Shown here: piece by piece, positions 13,553 to 27,792 of the stretch | Position numbering within the stretch: the stretch's first letter is position 1 | Layout of the letters: each line of letters opens with the position of its first letter | From: the human T2T-CHM13v2.0 reference genome, Homo sapiens | Assembly (NCBI RefSeq): GCF_009914755.1 | Contig: NC_060936.1 | Strand: one strand, 5' to 3' | Length of the DNA: 64,000 bases | Made by a program: the position numbers and the translations under genes | The notes under the pieces: generated by a model | What the model was told of the DNA's origin: nothing | The model's input: the letters and a program-made list of their open reading frames with translations, nothing else | The model's database searches: none

Positions 13553-15947
13553 TTTATGCCATGCAGTGTACTGAGATGGTGCTGGGGACATGAGATGAAT
13601 GAAGCACAGTGAGCCTAACAGCAGAAGAGGGAAGACAGATGAATACATGGCCATCCGGCCCTTCTGTCCCCAAACTGATGGAGTGGTTAGCAATCTGATC
13701 ACTAATTCATAGTAGTTCATGGCTGAGAAGAGCTCAAAAGGTTATCCTTTTCAGGAAACTTACTTGTATGCTAACAGAGGCATTTGGAAATCATAGTGCA
13801 TTAATTGAAAGGAGTCACTCCACTACTAGAATTTCCTGGCATTGTAGCAAAGTAACACAGTGTGAAAATTTTGTTGCCCCCCAAGCTCAAATATTCTCCA
13901 CAAAGAGACTCCCCATGCAGAAAGCTCAAACCTGAAATTTGACCAATCCTTTGTGCTAAGCGAAGACGTGCTTCTACAACCAGGATCCTTTCTAAAACAA
14001 ATTGTAGTCTATTATAGAAGATCACCACCATAATAAAAACATTAAACTTGCTTTTCAATGTACAAGCACAACAACAACAAAACAAAAAATATTGTGCCTA
14101 ATGAAACAAAATTATCAACCATATTCAGGAGTCAAATAACCAGTACCCAGAAAGTCCTGGGAATGACAATACCCTGGAAATGAAAGCAAACTTTACATTC
14201 AAAATTTTTGTAAGATCTTATGCATCTTTGAAATATTATCCACATATGTTAAAAATTTTAACATAATCATTATGACTCGTTTCAAGTCCAACTGAATGAT
14301 ACCTCTGTCTTCTTGCAATAAAAAGGACATAAAAATATGGAGCAAGTTTCCTCTGAAATGGTCCCACATCTTTAACAATAAAAATCTGTTTTACCCTAGA
14401 ATATGAAAATAAAATTGAAGAATGTTCATGTCTTAGAATATCGCTCTTAGGATAAGCCCAAATTCCTCAATGTGGCTCACCGGGTCCTCCACAATCTCCA
14501 TCTGCCTTTGCCAACTTGCCACTTCTCTTTCCATTCCACCTCTCAGATTCTTGGAGTTCCAGCATTACTCAACTTTATATATTTCCCAAGGAGTATCATA
14601 CCACTGGCCCACTTGATGCCCTTCATCTCACAGCTCACAAACATTCTCACCCCCACCCACTTCTCCATCCTATTCCCTACTGTTTCTTCAAGAATCTCTA
14701 TAAACTTCACTTCTCCATCTCCTCCGCTTGATTAGATTCTCTTTCCATGTCTCCTGTAGACTGCCTATTATAACACTTATATTTGATAGTAATGCTTAGC
14801 TCAGCTTTTCTAGATGCAAGTTTTATAAGACTCGTGTAGTCTCTGTGTGGCGTCATTAACTAACACAGAGTCTTCCGTTTTGTAGAAACTCAAAGAACAA
14901 ATTAATTTTGACAATTACATAGGCTTTTACAGGCTCTGAATATTTTTTATACTATTTAAGAGCATATGCATATTTTTCCCAGGTTAATCATCTAGTTCAG
15001 AGTCTCCATAGATGTGGGTTGGCTAGATAAGTAAACTTAAGCTAATACACTGAATTTAATCACTAATGATAACATCAACCACTGGTTTATGTTCTTCTAT
15101 GCCTTCTGTGTGAAGTTGATTTATATATTTTTTTCATTTAAACCTTACTACATCTCCCTTTTCAGCAAGGAAAGGGAGAACTTCCTGGAAGTCATTAACT
15201 TAATTGACAGAGCTGGTATGTGCTCAGATCTAATTTCCCCCAGGTACTTTTTCTTTTTACTACCTTATGTTGCTTGATAAAAAAAATGCTGCCACACATT
15301 TATTTCTTTTCTGAATTAAGGAAAGGTAGGGTTCACCAAGCACAGTGTTCTCTTTTAATTATCTCATAGCACCTGGGAAAGATTATATGCAAAATATTCA
15401 TCCAGTTCTGTATGATGCATTGACTGAAGAGCCACTTATGTACTTAAGTGCCTGCTTGTGAAATGATCTGTGAATCCACAGAGATAGAACAAAGATTAAA
15501 TAATTATGGTGGTTACTTGCCTACTCCTCACTATTCAGAACCAGGGATAAGCATGATTGTGACAGTTGATATCTTCATAAGAGATTTTAAGTATGTAAGT
15601 ATTCATTTGTGGACACATGAATGCAGGCTCTATCTGAAGGGAGCAGAAGCATAAAGCCGGAAGAAAACGCAGAATGAAATTTAAAATGATAGTAGACTTT
15701 ATACCTGAAATGATTTCAGATATGTTGTATTTTCTCATAGAAGAAAGTAAAAGCAAGAGTTTAAAAAGAACTTAACTTGCAATTCTTAATAGAAATAGTA
15801 ACATACTATATTTAATTAGGTAGTAGAGTATGGAATTATGAACATCTTTGGGCTATAACAGTGATAACGCAGGCTACTAAGGTTATGTGATTGATAAGTT
15901 TCAGTTATTATTCAATTTCTCTGTATTTTGGAAAACAAAATGCTACA

Positions 15948-16320
15948 ATGCTATGGTTTGAAAGTGCCCCTCAAAGTTCATGTGTTGGAAACTTGATTCC
16001 CCATGCAATGGTATTGGGAGGTGGAGCCTCATAGGAAGTGTTTGGGTCATGGGCGCATGACCTGCATGAATAGATTAATGCTATTATTGCAGGAGCAGTT
16101 TCCTTATTAAATATTGAGTTTTGCCCACTCTCTGTTTCTTATCCTCTTCCTTCTCTTTTCCCTTATGTTATGGGATGACACAATAAGAAGGCCCACACTA
16201 GATGCTGGCACCATGATCTTGGACTTCTCAGCCTCCAGAACCATAATCCAAAAAAATTTTGTTCTCTACAAATTACCCAGTCTGTGATATTCTGCTATAG
16301 CAACACAAAACTAAGGCATA
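15948..16320 (+). mobile_element. MaLR LTR (MSTC/D-like)
   Basis: TGCTATGGTTTGAA...CAGCCTCCAGAACCAT...AAATTACCCAGTCTGTGATATTCTGCTATAGCAAC. Confidence 0.8.
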
Positions 16321-16339
16321 CAAAATTTCAAGTCTACTA

Positions 16340-16732
<393 letters not shown>

Positions 16733-19011
16733 AAATTTTATTGTAATTAAATAAAGAAAATAGAGGTATAATTCTAGCGCAGTTACATAATACAAAAGAG
16801 TCTACAAATCATATACCTTGGGAAATTTTTTTCTGGCTTCTCTGAGGCGCCTTCTTGGAGTTCTTGAAACATCTGGTGCATTTTGAAGAAATACACAGGG
16901 CTCTCCCTTCCATGCATCTTGTGCCTCTGCACACCACTCCAATCAAAACAATCGATTCATGGAGCATGCACAAACTCAAGGCATTCCCAGTGTTGCCCTC
17001 TAACAGGAACAAATTTCTATTTATTTCTATGATAAGATTTTAGAATATGCATTTTTCCATGTTACTAATACTCTTTTCATAAATATTTTTCAGAATAGAA
17101 TATTCTATCATGTGGATTGTTATAGTTTACGTACAACCCATCTCCTTCTGTTGTAAAAAAAGGTTATTATTATAAAATGTTCACTACTATGAAACAATTA
17201 TTCAAGGGACACTTTTATGCAACAATTACTTTCCTCATATTTAATAAACTTTCTTTTATTTCCTGAAAGTAAGATTATTATATTGAGAAACAATTTTGCC
17301 AATTACAAAGACAACAGCATTTCAGCAGACTTCCCCTTGATTGAAAGAAAAACTGCCATTAACTTTCATGAAGACATTCTTATTTTCATGATACTTTATT
17401 TTTTAGTTGTTGATACCTTAGCACATTAGGATGTCAAGTAATCAAAACTCTCAAATGTTGTCTTAAATAATGGCCAAGCTCAAAAACATACAATGTTGAG
17501 CTAAATCCTTATTTCACCAAATTGGTATCTTACATCTCAGTCCTTCAGTTTTACATGGAAAAGTAAATCCAAGTATAATTTTCTTTTTATTAGCCATCTT
17601 AACACACTGTGATATATTACTCTAAAGTGATGACTTTAAAAATACACATACCAAATTCAGATAAACAATTAAATGACCTCTTCCTTTTTTTAAAAAAGAT
17701 GCCCTAAGAACAGTACTTTACCAAAGGTATTCCATGAAACTGGATGTTTTCAGAAAACTGACAAATTTGGAAGATAAGCACTTTCCCTTTTTGTTTTAAA
17801 TGAAACTTGTAAGAGGCTTTAATACACAATGTGCATTGTAAATTTACAAGTGGAGGTAGTGTGTGTGACTCAGTACCCAAATGCAATTTATTTTTTATGA
17901 GCAATATCTCAAAGGAATTGTGTACCGAAGAACACATTTCTGCTCTAGGAGAGTACAACCTTAATATGATATTGCCATTATTTAAAATATGTTTGGAAGT
18001 CCTCTGTTGGAACTTACTTCAAATGACAATTTACCAAACACTGGAAAATCAGTCTCATTGAATTACAGTTATAGGATATGCTCTTTTGTTCCAACCTTTT
18101 TCTTTGTCCCAATATTCTCACATATCTTCCTTCGACTGCTTGTTCCTCACTTACTGAATTATGCGGAGCTTACAGTAGCGCAGGCTGGCACTGCTAGGGA
18201 GGAGAATTATTTGCAGAAGAGATATAGCGAAGGCCAAAGAGAGTGATTGTAGGACCCAGTTAAATGTGGTGGCCAGAAGCAACCTTACTTGGAATACATT
18301 ATGGAGCAGACTGTTATTTAAGTTTAATTGCCCATTTACTATTGCCTGTCTGAAAATATCACAAGTCACACCATAAATATAATAACCCGACGACTATAAA
18401 TGAAAATTATGAGAACCCAAATTGCCAGAAGAATGCATATACACATGTATTTAAAAATACACCTGTAACAAAAAGATGGATTTCTATACAGCACATAAGT
18501 AGTTACTGAGTTTTCCTCAGAGTATTGCCTTTGTGTATAATTATTTAGTAATAATTAAAAGCCCTCTTTTTGTCATAGTCATACCTTGTTTCATTAAAAT
18601 ATACTAGGAACAGACTATCAACATGCAAACAATAGAAGTTGTATAAGCAACAGTAAAAATAGAAATAGAAGGTAATTTGAAGTATGTTGGTCCAATAACG
18701 TTTTGATGAAAATGCCATGAAATTTCACCCTTTCTTAGCCCTAGGACCACAGAAATCACCTCTGGCAAGGACCCAGCCATGTCTGTTTTGTTCTGTCAGT
18801 GTGCTACTGGATGGCCAGAGGAGTTATCGATCTTTATTTGAGCACTAACTGTTTCAAAAATTAGAATTAGAGTTACAGTAGACTCTCTACAGCACCATAA
18901 ATACATATAGTTGGAAAATTTTGTGTATAGGACTAATGCTAAAACAGTGAGAAAGACTGCAATGTAAAACCACCAAAGCTTCTTTCCGAATTCACTTTAA
19001 AACACAATGTA

Positions 19012-19195
19012 GTGTTGTTGGATTTAGCAAATAAAAATATAAGATCCTTATTTAACATTGGGAATTTCAGATAAGGAACAATTTTTAGCATAAATGTGAA
19101 CCACAATTTAGTATAGATTCTTAGATTAAAAATATTTATTTACTATATATCTGAAATTGAAAGTTAATCTGGTATCATACTTTATCTGGCAGTAC
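19012..19195. mobile_element. MER53 (diverged)
   Basis: GATTTAGCAAATAAAAATA...GAATTTCAGATAA...TATCTGAAATTGAAA...TTTATCTGGCA. Confidence 0.65.
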
Positions 19196-19217
19196 ATCCA
19201 TAAAAAAATAACAAGGT

Positions 19218-19501
19218 GGCCGGGCGCGGTGGCTTACACCTGTAATCCCAGCACTTCGGGAGGCTGAGGCGGGTGGATCACGAGGTCAGGAGATCAAGAC
19301 CAGCCTGGTCAACATGTGAAATCCTGTCTCTACTAAAAATACAAAAAATTAGCTGGGCATGGTGGTGCGTGCCTGTAATCCCAGCTACTCGGGAGGCTGA
19401 GGCAGGAGAATCACTTGAACCCGGAGTTGGAGGATGCAGTGAACCGAGATCATGCCACTGCACTCACTGCAGCCTGGTGACAGAGTGAGACTCCATCTCA
19501 A

Positions 19502-19538
<37 letters not shown>
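19218..19538 (+). mobile_element. AluS (Sg-like) with (TAAA)n tail
   Basis: Full dimer; TSD AAATAACAAGGT. Confidence 0.92.
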
Positions 19539-19544
<6 letters not shown>

Positions 19545-20196
19545 CAAGGTGACACACTATAATAGCCCAGGAAACTCAGTACAACAATAAACTACATGGC
19601 AAAATCCAGAAGGGTTTGTATTAGTCAAAATAACTGTTGAGAATAGTTAAGAGTTGATGATCATAGTAAATTGTGCTCAAGCTCTTGAAATGAAAATAGT
19701 GAATATTGACAGGACTAGTGAAATTTTAAAACTCCCTTCAGCTTGAAAGTTAGTTGGTGCAGGCATTGTCTCTGACTAGGGAAATAACATTAGCCAAGAA
19801 TCAGTCCACCCATAATGTTTTGAAGACTGGGAGCTACTTTGTAAGAGGGATGAACCCTACTTCTCCAACAATATTGTTTTTCAGTCATTAGTGTTTTGAT
19901 AGTTCAGGAGGTGAAGAAAGTTACCACCATGGTCACGTTCTCTACAACCAGCGGTGTAACAGAGGACAAGGGGTACTCCTGTGCATTGTTCCTTATCATC
20001 TGACAACCATTTCAAGGAGTCACAGAACTGAGGGAAGAAAGGGGATTACAGTTGCTTCCCTTGGAGATGCATTTGTAAGTTGAAGCAGTAGAAGCCTTTG
20101 GGGTCTAGCTTACTGAAAAGTGTACTTTTCCACCTAAAAAGCAGTCAATCCACCAGTCTGTTAGGAAAACACTTCTGTAAGTACCTACTGTGTACC

Positions 20197-20307
20197 AACC
20201 TGTGCTAGGCATCAGTAATTAATTAAACTTGTGCTAGGCATCAGTAATTAAACCTGTGCTAGGCACCAGAATTCATTAAACCTGTGCCAGGCTTCAGTAA
20301 TTCATTA
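20197..20307. repeat. about 4 x 25-29 bp minisatellite
   Basis: AACCTGTGCTAGGCATCAGTAATT(AATT)A repeated with variation. Confidence 0.85.
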
Positions 20308-22160
20308 TTTGTCTCCTCTGTACCACTTGATCTTTCATTCCCTACACCGCATTCAGAGTGAAGTTAGGCAATGGTATCAGGAATGTTGTCTATCTTCATT
20401 CTACACAGGGTTCATATCTAATGCAATTACAGTCAAAGCAGCAATAGAGGGTTGTCAGCTGCGCTCTGCAACTTATTGGCAAAAAAGACAATTATCTTCA
20501 AAACTGTCTTCTGTAACCTCGTGGATTTTCTACCTATGAGTCGATGAAAAAGAGACTCTTCTGTCCCCACCTCTCGCCAATACAAAAATCACTTGATAAA
20601 TACCACCGGTTATTAGACTAAAGATTTTGAACATTAGCCTACCATTAAGCTTGATATAGTAATAGCTATGATTTATAGAATGTTCACTTTATGTCAGGCA
20701 GTCTGCTATGCACATTAAATATGTTATCTCATCTAATCCTCATAATACCCATTTATGAGGAGGTTTTATTATGAAATTGAAAAAGAAACTTAAATTATCC
20801 ATGGTTATACAACTACTATGTTGTAGGGTCATATCCTTTGATTGTCCCATAACTACCTCTCTAGGCCCTCTTTCAATAGCTCCCAGTAGCCCTCTACCTC
20901 TGGTCATGCCTATCTTCTTTCAGTTCCTTTAATTTTCTTTGCTCTCATCTCTAAGACCTCTATCCCACTAATTTCTATTTCTTAAACACCCCTTATCTCC
21001 TTTGGCTAAGTTCTGTTCCTTTATATTTCAGTGTTGTGATAGTTCAGGAGGTGATGCTAACAATCAAAGGTTATGCTTTCCTTGGGGCCTTTCCAGATCC
21101 AAGATTTTGTTTTGGGGTCTTGTCTGTGCTCACAGCATAGAAATGTTTCTATCCTCTTTGTTTGCCTACACTTTATTATTTCTAAATGTTAGATAGCAGG
21201 TTTTAATAAACAAAATTGCACATCAAAAACTTGTGTACTAAGCTAAGATAACTTTCTTATGTGAATACAACAGAAAGATATCCTCGGATATATGAAGACA
21301 CACAAAAATATATTATATTCAAGCTATTTCTTAGTTCCATAAAGAAATTGGAAAATATATAGCATATTACAAAGAGATGTTTCCAAATTGACTCCAGAGA
21401 AAATAATTTCAGAAAAGCAGTAGTAGCAATTAAACAGGTATAAATATGACTGAAAATTATGACCACAAAAGTAATTACAAATTATATGTATATAGTATAA
21501 ATTAAAAGATACAAGATATAGACTATTAATAACTATTATAAATTATAAACTGAATTATCATTTATATATGGCATATCCACAAATAAACTAAGACAATAAG
21601 TTTAAATAATATTTCAATCAATAAGAATTCAGTAAGATAACTATACCTATGATTAATGTACTAAAAGTAGTAGCTTACTCATATGCCATCAATGACTAAT
21701 TAAAGTGTAATGGACTGCAAGACACCATTCACAATAACAACCAGGCATAGAATATTTAGGAATAACATTTAAAATGAACATGTAGGACCTATATAAAGTA
21801 AGCTATAAAATTACTTTTTGAGATCTAAAACCAGATTTAAACAAATGAAAAGGTACTATGTTCTTGCCTGTGAAGGTTAAATTTAAAAAAAATCCTACGT
21901 ATGCCCTCATGGATATAATTATCTTAGAGAAAATGAATTAACTAAACTAAATTTTTAATAGTCTTTGGGGAAAAAAAGACCATTTTCTTCCTCAGGCTAT
22001 TCAATATTTTCTGAATTTTCCATTGTAAAAATATTTAAATTTATGATTTAAGAAAACTTTTTGTTTTAAAAATAAATAATTTAACTATAAAGACACCTCA
22101 TCTTAAAACCACAAATTCATTCTAATACTTTGTTCTGAATATTATTATTATTATTATTAT

Positions 22161-22488
<328 letters not shown>

Positions 22489-23459
22489 TATTATAATCTA
22501 TTTTATAAATTTATTTCATCTACTATCTTACAATGGTTTTTCCTAAAACAATACAGTTTTACCTAATCTCTATAATATTATAAATGAAGACTTTTTTCAT
22601 TCTATTTACATGACCGCTATAATGTACCTATGCTTCTTTAAACACCTTTCTCAGTCCTGCTATTTGCCACAGCTCAGATGGACTATCTGGGCATAATTCA
22701 GTTTTACATGTAATAGTCTTTACAGCATTTGTTTGATGAAGCATATTCTAGATAGAATGTGGAAAAATTCACCTTTGGATATTTCTAATTTATTAAATGA
22801 AACAAAGTAACAACAGTGCGATAAATAGGGATTCTTTCTTTTTCCTGCGCTCCTTGTCTAATTTCCTTGCTGCCGCAACATCCATTCTTCAGCATCTTTT
22901 CCTAGGACACGGCATCCTTCCATGAAGGCCTCGTTTCCCTGTAATTAGCAGGACAATCAGTGCCATCTATTATTGTTAGTTAGAAGCTTCTCTACATAAT
23001 GGGGACTTAGCATTTGGTCCCACCGGCGATGTTTCTGTGTAAAAACTTAAAGTACACTAATATGTAAATATTGTTCCAACTTAATGGTGTACTTTCTATG
23101 GAGACTCAGAGACATTTGTTAAGCCATCAAAGTGCATGGTTCTTACAAATGTATTCTCAGTGGGTAGATAATAAATTAAGTGTCACCGTCGTCCGAGTGA
23201 TCCTTTTCAAGAATTTTTCATTTACTGTTAGTCTAAAAAGCTTCTTATGGCAATGAGAAAATCACACATTATGGCTAGGCTTCTAATTTTCTCAGTAGGA
23301 TTGTGTATGTATTTGGGGATCAGAATAAATTAAAAAGTGGGAAAAGAAGGTGAGCTCAAAGAAAAGAAGAAGAAACATTGCCTTTGTGGGGAAGAATCAT
23401 AGAGAAATACATCATTGTAGGCAAGGAAAATCACAGAATTATTCAGATGGTGATAAAAA

Positions 23460-23680
23460 CCTAAGCTTTAGTAATCTATCGCACAAAATGGTGACCATAA
23501 TAAATAATAATGCATTATATATTTTGAAATTGCTAAAAGAGTATATTTTAAGCATTTTCACCACAAAAAAAGTATGTGAGGTGAGAAATTTATTCATTAG
23601 CCAGATTTAGTTATTTTACATTGTAAATATATATCAAAATATCACATTGTACCCTATAAATATCTACAATTTTTTTAAAA
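23460..23680 (+). mobile_element. L1MA/MB 3' fragment
   Basis: AAATTGCTAAAAGAGTA...CACCACAAAAAA...ATCACATTGTACCCTATAAATAT. Confidence 0.7.
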
Positions 23681-24754
23681 CCTAGTGAGAAAATAACCAG
23701 ACACTGTTCATAACTCTGGGTAAAAACAACAACAACGACAACAAAATAGTGTTCCTATACACAAGTTTATAACTAGTATGAACAAGAAGCCTATACACAT
23801 ATAGTCCAACTGTAGTTGAAGATAGTAAACTTATCTTCTTATCCAAATTTTATTTAAAATGGTGAAAAATAATCACAGGGATGAAAAACAGGAAAAGTTA
23901 TTATTATTGGACTAGAATACTGAGATATAAAGCAAATAGGATGAAAATAATGAATACATAGGTTGGAAGTGGAGTAATGTAATTCAATATAGGTAAAGAA
24001 AAGGGGTTGGTCCTTTTCTTCCCAAGGAAATCCGGAGGAGCCTCAAATTCAGAGGCAACATGTACTAGGAGAGGGAGCTGGCTATGGGACAACTGCTCAG
24101 AAGGTCTGGAATTTCTTTCAGTGTCTGGCTATAGAATTTGCCCTTAGAATATAGCTAGCAAGAACAGCTCTATAAATAGAGTAGGGAATCAACAGAAGAG
24201 AAGACAGTTCTAAATTAGGTATGTTGGTGTGATAAAGAAAAGTGGAGCAAAATCTAAGGTACCTTCATATTTCCTCAAAGTGCATGGAGAAAAAGAAAAA
24301 GGAAAGGTAACCCCATATTGATTGAAATGCTCTAAAGTTCTATCTCCAAATAAAACTTACTTTTTTAGACCTCCACAATACCCCAATTTGCCGGCCTGCT
24401 CCTATCCACCCACCCTGAAGGGAATCCTGTGTTCTGCACAATCCTGCCAACCTACCCACAACACACTATATTCACCCAACTCTCTTTCAGAGTAAAAGAT
24501 ATCTGAAGAGATTCAATAGTATAAAATGCAACAACCAAGACGAGCAAATGAAAAAGAAATTCCATAGAGGGACTAGAGTTAATGCCAGAAATAAAATAGA
24601 ATTTAAAGAATTTTCCAATTAGTATCTTCAGAAAGATTCACAAAGACATTATAGTCATTAAGATACAACACGCAGATATGAAAAAAAAGAGTAACCAGAA
24701 AATAAGAAAGATTCCCTGAATATTGCAAATGTGTTGTCAAAATGGAAAAATTAG

Positions 24755-25206
24755 GGTACTGGGTTCAATAGTGTCCCTCAAAATTCATGTCTACCCCAAA
24801 CCTCAGAATTAAATTTTAGCTAATTTAACAATTAGTTAAATCAAAATGGAGCCATGCTGGGCTAGAGTGGGCCATAATCCAATTGACTATTGTCCTGATA
24901 AGAAGAGAAAACAGAGACCCATACACTGAGGGCAAGGCGAGGCCAGGGGAAGGGGATCATCATGTGAAGATGGAGATGCATCTACAGCCAAGAAACACAA
25001 AGAAACTCCAAGAATTGCAACCACCAGAAGCTAGCACTGAGTCATGAAACAGATTATCTTTTAGAACCAGTAGAAGAAACCAAGCCTGCCAAACTAGCTT
25101 CTAGCCTCCAAAACTGTAAGACGATAGGTGTCTGTTGTCTTAAGTCACCCCTTTGAAGTCATTTGGTTGTGGTGATTTGTTATGGAAGCCTTAGGAAATT
25201 AATACA
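24755..25206 (+). mobile_element. MaLR LTR (MLT1C/D-like)
   Basis: GTGTCCCTCAAAATTCATGT...CCACCAGAAGCTAG...AGCCTCCAAAACTGT...AGGAAATTAATACA. Confidence 0.75.
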
Positions 25207-26179
25207 GTTTAGTTAAGTGCTATAATACAATGTCTATAAAGTGACGTGGAAACTCAGAGAGAGAAATTAACTGCTTTGGAAGAGGTGTTTAAAAATATTT
25301 GATAACTAGAGAATACATGTCTTATATCCAGGAAGGGCAAAAACTGTGGTTTGAACATGACTATGCTTTTGGCAGTGGAGTTGTAAGGAAAATGACTAGG
25401 AGCATAGGTAGTAACAAGATTCTGAAGAACCATTCTATGGAATCTTAGTATGTAGTCAAGGAAAACAGATAAAGTTCTTTTAAAACAAGAAAATGGTGTG
25501 GTATATATGTGTCTTGGAAGGAATGACTGCCTTGTTTCTGAAGTCACCATCTTCCCAGTTTAATACCTGCTTTCATTTTTATTTTTCTTCCTCACTACCT
25601 TTGCTCTTTCTTCTACTTTTCTACAGTGAGTTTTATGTAAAGCAATTTTCCAAAGAGTATTTTGAACTTCAGAATCACATTATCATTTTCATTTAATCCT
25701 AGTTCAATTCAAATTTCTAGCTTTGGAATCCACATGGATTTCTACATGGGACAGGCAGTTCTGTTTCATAGAAACTGTGCAAAAACTAATATTATTTTCT
25801 TGGGCTTTAAATAAAGTAGTAGCAATATAAAGCCTGTATTTCTTGTACAGAGGATTGCTTATCTCACTAACTTGTTATGGTGGTGGGTGAATTACATTAA
25901 CCAAAAATCTTAACTGGCATACTCAGCATCTAATTTCATAACCATAAAACCTATGAAGTAGCCTTCTATAATTAGGTAGTTTATACAGAAATATAAAAGA
26001 AAAAAATCACAAAATATAATACCAAATATTATAGTGTTAAATCTTGTAAAAGAATAACTAACTACTCATGAGCCAGATACCCAAATAGTAACCATTGAAT
26101 CTTGAATGAGAAAGAAGTCATAAAGTTTCTCTTGTCCCATAACACAAAGAGAAACTAAGGGAACATTCTTGACTTTTCT

Positions 26180-26930
26180 TGTTGCCTCATTCACTCCTAC
26201 CTAATTAGTCAAAACTCCTCTTCAACTGTGTCCACTTTACCATTTTACTTCATTCCTCTTGCTGCTGTCTTATTTCAAGGTTCAATGTTGTCTCCTACCA
26301 CCTGTGTTACTTCAATAACACACTAAACTGTGGCCCTCTTGAAAAACTTACACTCACCCTCTCCAACCCAATCCCCTCTTCAGCTACAAAGGTTTCAGAA
26401 TGATATTGCCGATTACAAATTTGTTTGCCGCTGCTCTTAAAATCCTTCAAAATCTCTCCATTACCAGCAGAGAAAGACCAGAACTTCTCAAGAGAACTTG
26501 TCAAGCATTCCCAGCCAACCTCAGGGACTGTCTCCTGGTGTACCTCCCCACCCTTTGCTCAATGCTCCAGTGGTATTTAATTATTCACAGTACCTCAAAC
26601 AGGACAAACAGTCCATGCCTTCCTTTCCTGTTGAAACTATTTAGGCTCTTCCCACTGTCTGAAAAATCTATCTCCTCTTCATCCTGTGGTACCAACAAAG
26701 ACTGGAACATTTTTCCAATGCTAGCAAAGCTGTGTTAACCTCCAAATCACCCTGTGCTCACTTCTACTGCAGATATTATGACATTGCACTATCATCATCC
26801 TTTGGTTGTTTTCTTACAATAGACTACAAGTGTGTTAAAGGCTGGGAATATGCCTTCACCTTGCCGCTTGCAATATGCCTGATTTATAGTATGTATATTG
26901 GATATTATTTTAATTAATTACCATTTAATC
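26180..26930. mobile_element. L2 remnants
   Basis: Diverged L2 3' motifs. Confidence 0.5.
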
Positions 26931-27644
26931 ATAAATGAAATAATTACTTCTACAACTGCCCAGACAGTCATTTAGAATCCACACAGAAAATCTCAGGGAG
27001 AGACAACTTATTTCTTCATGAACATTCTAAACACCAGAAAGGCTTCTTAAAGTAGGCTACTATAAACGCCTCACCTCCAGAAATGAGCAATGCTTGCCTC
27101 AAGGAATAATAGCAATGATAATGTTAAGAGTAATAATAATACAAATGACATTTCTAGAACCAGGTCTGGATTCTTAACATAAATGTGCTCAGTCTTTCCT
27201 CGTAGCACTCTACTGAGTCAGACACTATTATTTTCTCCCTGGTCCAGATGAGAAAAAAGGAGGCTTAGAGAATTCCCTGAAGAAAAGACAGCAAGCAAGT
27301 TGTTGAGTCAGAATTCATATTTAGCGTATTCAGTCAAGTCCTTAACACTAATACACTAATTAGCTTCCATCTCAAAATCAACTATCAGAAGTCAGCCAGT
27401 TAGTTACTTAACTCCTTGACTAAGAAGACATGCAATTAAAAAACAACTATATAACTTTATTTTTAACTTTTTTCCAAATTCTTCCATCCATGAAAGTATT
27501 TTGAGAGAAAACACCTGTTAACATCCTGCTGAACTACAGGTAACCAGTTCTAATACTGGTCTAAGCTTGATTTGTCTCTTAATTCATTGTTGAATTGTAT
27601 TTGTTTTTTCTGCAGTTGTAGCACAATACTGGCACATAGTGAGC

Positions 27645-27792
27645 AAGTAGCCAACTGTGCTCAAAGTGCATTCACCTGATATGAATCATACCCAAATCCC
27701 ACTGAATGAGGATCTCTGGGGTGAGACCTGAGTTGCACAATTTTAGTCAACATCTTAGGTGATTCATAGGCACATTCAAATTTGTGAACTGC
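27645..27792. mobile_element. MER5-like hAT element
   Basis: ACTGAATGAGGATCTCTGGGGTGAGACCTG...AGGTGATTC...AAATTTGTGAACTG. Confidence 0.55.

Noticed and set aside
22887-22913. RE1-like TTCAGCATC-n8-GGACACGG
   Set aside because: Mismatches in both half-sites; likely chance
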